A program made the position numbers and the translations under genes. Shown piece by piece: positions 60,088-64,000 of a stretch of 64,000 bases of DNA. The notes under the pieces are model-generated. The model saw only the letters and a program-made list of their open reading frames with translations, was not told the origin of the DNA and searched no databases. The stretch is from NCBI RefSeq assembly GCF_000315625.1, contig NW_005434624.1, positions 40,611 to 104,610 of the forward strand, in the 5' to 3' direction. How positions within the stretch are numbered: the first letter of the stretch is position 1; each line of letters opens with the position of its first letter. The DNA comes from Guillardia theta CCMP2712. Taxonomy: Eukaryota > Protista > Cryptophyta.

Positions 60088-62700
60088 TGAGCGCAAGGAC
60101 AACGCTCTGTGCCTTCTGCACCCTCCTGTTTGTGGTCATACACTACTACCCTGTCCTGTGCAGTCATGGTAAAAGCTTCATGGACACTGCTAATGTCTGA
60201 CTTGGCGTTGTAGAGGGTCAAGAACCATACGTGCATATCATCCGACCTCGTATGCCTGCCTGCCTCCCCCTGCCTGCCTGCCTGCCTGCCCTGCCTCCCT
60301 CCCTGCCTCCCTCCCTTTCCCTTCCCGTCTCTCTTTCTCTATCTCCATCTCCCTCTTCCCCTTCGTTTCTCGTCACCCCCCTTCTTCTCCATCTCTTCAT
60401 CTGCCTCTTTCCTCGTCTCTTTCCTTCTACCTCCATCCTCCTTCCCTTCTGCCGACCCCTGAGGTCTGTTGGCAGAGGGCGACATCTGCATGCTCGAGGA
60501 GGACGGGGGCCTCCTCGTGGAGATTCAAATCTTCAGGTGGTATGAAGGCAGACTGCGGGTCCGAGTCAACGGAACGTCCTTGGCGGATATGACAGAAGGA
60601 CACCTGCATGGTGAGGAGGGGAGGAGGGGAGGGGAGGAGGGGAGGGGAGGAGGAGGAGGAGGAGGAGAGGGGAGAGCAAGGGAGAAGAAGAGAAGGGGAG
60701 GGAGAGAGTACGGGACAAGAAGAGAAGGGGAGGAGGGGAGGAGGAGAGGAGCTGAAGTCTCCGGGATCAGGAGGTGACGAGGAGGGGATGGAACTGAGGT
60801 GGACCATGTACGGACTTCGAGCTCCCGACTACTATGTGACCAGCGTTGAATTCTTCGACCTCGATGGTCAAGTCGTGGCTGGCGCGCGGAGGATCTCGAT
60901 GGTGGGACCCTTCACGAATCCTTTCCTCGACCCTCCCGAGGTAACGCTCCTCTCCTCTCCTCTCCTCTCCTCTCCTCTCCTCTCCTCTCCTCTCCTCTCC
61001 TCTCCTCTCCTTTTCTCTCCTTTTCTCTCCTCTCCTCTCCTCTCCTTTTCTCTCCTCTCGCACCTTGCACTCCTCTCCTCTCCTCCCCCCATCTCTTACC
61101 TCATGGCTCGGCCCGTGTTTCTAACTCAGCATCCAAAACCTTATTACGTTGCGTACTCTGATCCTAGTCAGTCTCTGCCTGCTCCTTCCTATATGTTGAC
61201 TCCGCCTGTTTCTTTTCCTCCTCCTCCTTCATGCTGACTGTGGATAGCCGGTAATCGTTCAACCCGTGGCGCAAGAACACGCCGAGTATGTCCCTTCTTT
61301 CCTCTCCTCCTCTTCCTCCCCCCCTCGCTCCTTCCTCCTCCCCTCCCTTCTTCCTCTGTGCCTGGCTTTCCGCACAGCTCGATATCGTGTTCTTCTCATA
61401 TTGCCTGCTAGCTACCCAACAAGAACTTCTGAACTCGCAACTGTCATCGCCGAGACGAAGGTTTTCCTGCCCTGCCAACTAGTTCTTACTTCCTCCTCCC
61501 TCGCCTCATCCCCCGTGCTTCAAGGGCCAATGCTTCACCCTTCTCTTTCGCATTCTCCCTCCACTCCCTCCATCCTAACTCGTCAGCCACTGTCTCCCCT
61601 CCCTCCTACCTCTCTTGAACCTCTCGCTGTCTCGTCGCTGCTATTGTGTTGCCGCCATCCTCTCACATGGCTTGAAGGATCTGCATGATGTTCGACCAGG
61701 ACAAGCGTTTGTGATCCTGATGGGATCGGGGTAAAGCCGATCCCCTCTCTCCTCCCCTCTCCTCCCCTCTCCTCTCCTCTTCTCCCCTCTCCTCTTCTCC
61801 CCNNNNNNNNNNNNNNNNNNNNNNNNNNNNNNNNNNNNNNNNNNNNNNNNNNNNNNNNNNNNNNNNNNNNNNNNNNNNNNNNNNNNNNNNNNNNNNNNNN
61901 NNCTCCTCTCTCTCCACTTCTCCTTTCCTCTCCTCTCCTTTCCTCTCCCTCTCCTTTTCCTCTCCCTCTCCTTTTCCTCTCCCTCTCCCTTCTCCTCTCC
62001 CTCTCCCTTCTCCTCTCCCTCTTCTTCCTCTCTGTCGTCCGCTGAGACTCATCCGTCGCTTCAAGTCTTTCTTCCAAGAGGATTACATCAACGCCTATCT
62101 CTACTGGCTGGTCAGCTACCAAGAACTCGCCCCCTTCCTCCCTCCCGCCCTCCCGCCTATGTTTCCCCCTGCCTCCCCCTCCTGCCTCCTTTCCTTCTGC
62201 ACCCCTCCTGCCTGCCTCCTGCCTCCTGCCTCCTGCCTGTCCCCCTTCTCCCTACTGCTCGTTTTACTCCCCGTCTTCAGGGATTCTTCATGGTCAAACT
62301 ACCGCGCAAGTACTGCAACCATCTTGACATCAACTCGATCTCCAGGTCAGCTACCTTCGCCCATCCTGCTCATGCCCTCTATTCTTTCCTTGACTTTCCT
62401 CCCCTCCCCTCTCCCTTCTTTTCTTTCCTCTCGTCTCGCTGATCTGTTCCGATCTTCTCTGCTCTGCCCTGCCTTGCCCCCTCTTCCCTCCACTCCTCCT
62501 CCTCCTCCTCCTCCTCCTCCTCCTCCTCACGTGTTCTGTCAGGCACATGGAGTATCACCAAGAGCACGAGAAGTACAAGTGACAAGTCTCATTCCTCCCT
62601 TCATTCTCTCTCAGTCCGCACAAGTTGCAACTCGTTCCTCGCAATCAGATTCCCGTCCGCGTCTTCGATCCTGGCCTTCACCAACCTGTACCCATCTCAA
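60088..62700 (+). CDS. Hypothetical multi-exon protein with a hydrophobic N-terminus; polypyrimidine/polypurine introns and an N gap at 61803-61902
   Basis: MSARTTLCAFCTLLFVVIHYYP, and exons EGDICMLEEDGGLLVEIQIFRWYEGRLRVRVNG and MELRWTMYGLRAPDYYVTSVEFFDLDG. Confidence 0.45.
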
Positions 62701-62866
62701 CCACCAGCACCCATCTCAACCACCAACACAAACACCAGCTCTCTCACCAGCTCTCCTCTGACAAAACCCCCTTGATCTCCGTCTTCGTCCTCCCCTCCTT
62801 GCTTGTGCTCGTACACTCCTCGTATGCCACGTTGACCTCGAACTCGTCCTTGTCTGCACGCAATCG

Positions 62867-63676
62867 TCATCGAAGATCCTCCGCTGCTACATCACTACCT
62901 CCCTCCCTCCTCACAAACACAACATCGCTGCCAGGAGAGTAGACAAGCTCTGAGCGCGGTTCCAGCCCCTCTATCATCTTCACACTCTCCTCCGTCGACA
63001 TCTCCCTTGCCATCTCCTGCACGTCCTTGATGTCATAGTGCTTCGCAACGAACCTCCTCCCTTCCTCCTCCTCCTCTATCACAGCTATCCGAATCCTGTA
63101 CACCCATCCTCGCCCTCTGTCCGTCTGCTCCTTCACGAAGAAGCATGCTTTCCCAAGTGCAGGGAGGGAAACCCGTGCATGTAGCTTGATGGATCGCAGG
63201 GTACCCTGCCTCCCTACTTCCTCCCCTTCGAACTCTCCTGCATAGAGCCGCAAGAAATCGTCGCTGCTCGCCTGCATCGTCCTCTCCTGCACCATCACCA
63301 GCATCCTCTGCACTCTTCGTCGGACCTCCTGCCAGCTTCTTGCAAGGCCTTTCAAGCTGCTCCCGATGAAAAACGAGCCCGATTGATGGCATGTCCCGCC
63401 ATCGTATCCTCGTCTTGCCACGTTTGCGGCGATCGCTCCTCCTCCTTTCTTCACCCGTTCCTCTTCAGCATGCCCGTATGGTCTACGATAGTTTGTGACG
63501 TGGGTTGCGGGGGTGAGAGATGCCGTGGGGATGGACGCAGAAACAGAGTTCCTCGTCGTCCTCGTCCGCATTGTCATTGTGAAGATCGCTGGACTCGTCG
63601 TCACCTGCCATGCCGCCGCCTCCATCGCCATCGCCATCGCCATCGCCATCGCCATCACTGTCATCGCCATGTTCAT
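62867..63676 (-). CDS. Hypothetical protein with a probable bipartite plastid-targeting presequence
   Basis: 272-aa ORF with a Met/Ala-rich hydrophobic leader, AAA|W, then a Thr/Ser/Arg-rich segment. Confidence 0.55.
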   Translation of the reverse strand: MNMAMTVMAMAMAMAMAMEAAAWQVTTSPAIFTMTMRTRTTRNSVSASIPTASLTPATHVTNYRRPYGHAEEERVKKGGGAIAANVARRGYDGGTCHQSGSFFIGSSLKGLARSWQEVRRRVQRMLVMVQERTMQASSDDFLRLYAGEFEGEEVGRQGTLRSIKLHARVSLPALGKACFFVKEQTDRGRGWVYRIRIAVIEEEEEGRRFVAKHYDIKDVQEMAREMSTEESVKMIEGLEPRSELVYSPGSDVVFVRREGGSDVAAEDLR

Positions 63677-64000
63677 TGCGAGCACAGCACTCTGAGGCGA
63701 AGGGCGAGCTGAGGTGTGATCCGAGGCGGGCCAGGCGAGATATCCCTAGAGCTGGTCGAGCTTGAAAACGTTTTCACGACTTGTTAGCGAATCAGAGGCT
63801 CGGAGGGTGGAACATCGTGATGAGCCTGAAGTGTCTTCCTCCTCTCGGCCTCTTCTCCTTCCTTACAGTGTGTTTGATGGGATCACAGGATTGACGGGAA
63901 GGAGACACACAGATCAAGAGATGTTTTCGTAGAGGTTCACAGGGTTTTCATTAGATTCACAGGACCAGTAGCGCGAGGTCATGCATGCCTGCGATCAGCT

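Noticed and set aside
60088-62700. Glycosyltransferase assignment for the plus-strand gene
   Set aside because: No convincing catalytic motif could be assembled across the many small exons and the gap.
1-64000. tRNA, rRNA or snRNA genes
   Set aside because: None recognised by eye. tRNAscan-SE and Infernal/Rfam would be needed to exclude them.

Overview
Eukaryotic nuclear scaffold, very probably from a cryptophyte alga. The short ~45-55 nt GT-AG introns, microsatellite-filled introns and a bipartite plastid-type presequence resemble Guillardia theta; this assignment is inferred, not verified. Contents from left to right: (1) a 4.2 kb graveyard of an REL-endonuclease (CCHC + PD-(D/E)xK) non-LTR retrotransposon, in which short 3' ends of the element have repeatedly inserted, with target-site duplications (TSDs), into the element's own ORF; (2) a huge Sfi1-like centrin-binding repeat gene with a recent 804-bp internal tandem expansion containing assembly gaps; (3) START-domain, GT25, parvulin, PPR-like and cNMP-binding genes; (4) a ~17.7 kb gene for a ~5,700-aa single-pass receptor with signal peptide, PAN, unrecognised 10-Cys repeats, SPRY-like, FN3, many IPT/TIG, REJ, GAIN/GPS, Cys-rich/EGF, ZU5-like HFS, one TM helix and three cytoplasmic zinc ribbons; (5) a PIF/Harbinger MITE, TRAPPC6/Trs33, a DUF202/VTC protein, a divergent transketolase and several hypothetical genes. 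Intergenic regions carry recurrent CCGG/palindrome-rich islands, often beside TACCCC/GGGGTA-rich tracts. Gene ends are approximate because exon structures were read by eye, and domain calls are motif-based without database searches.
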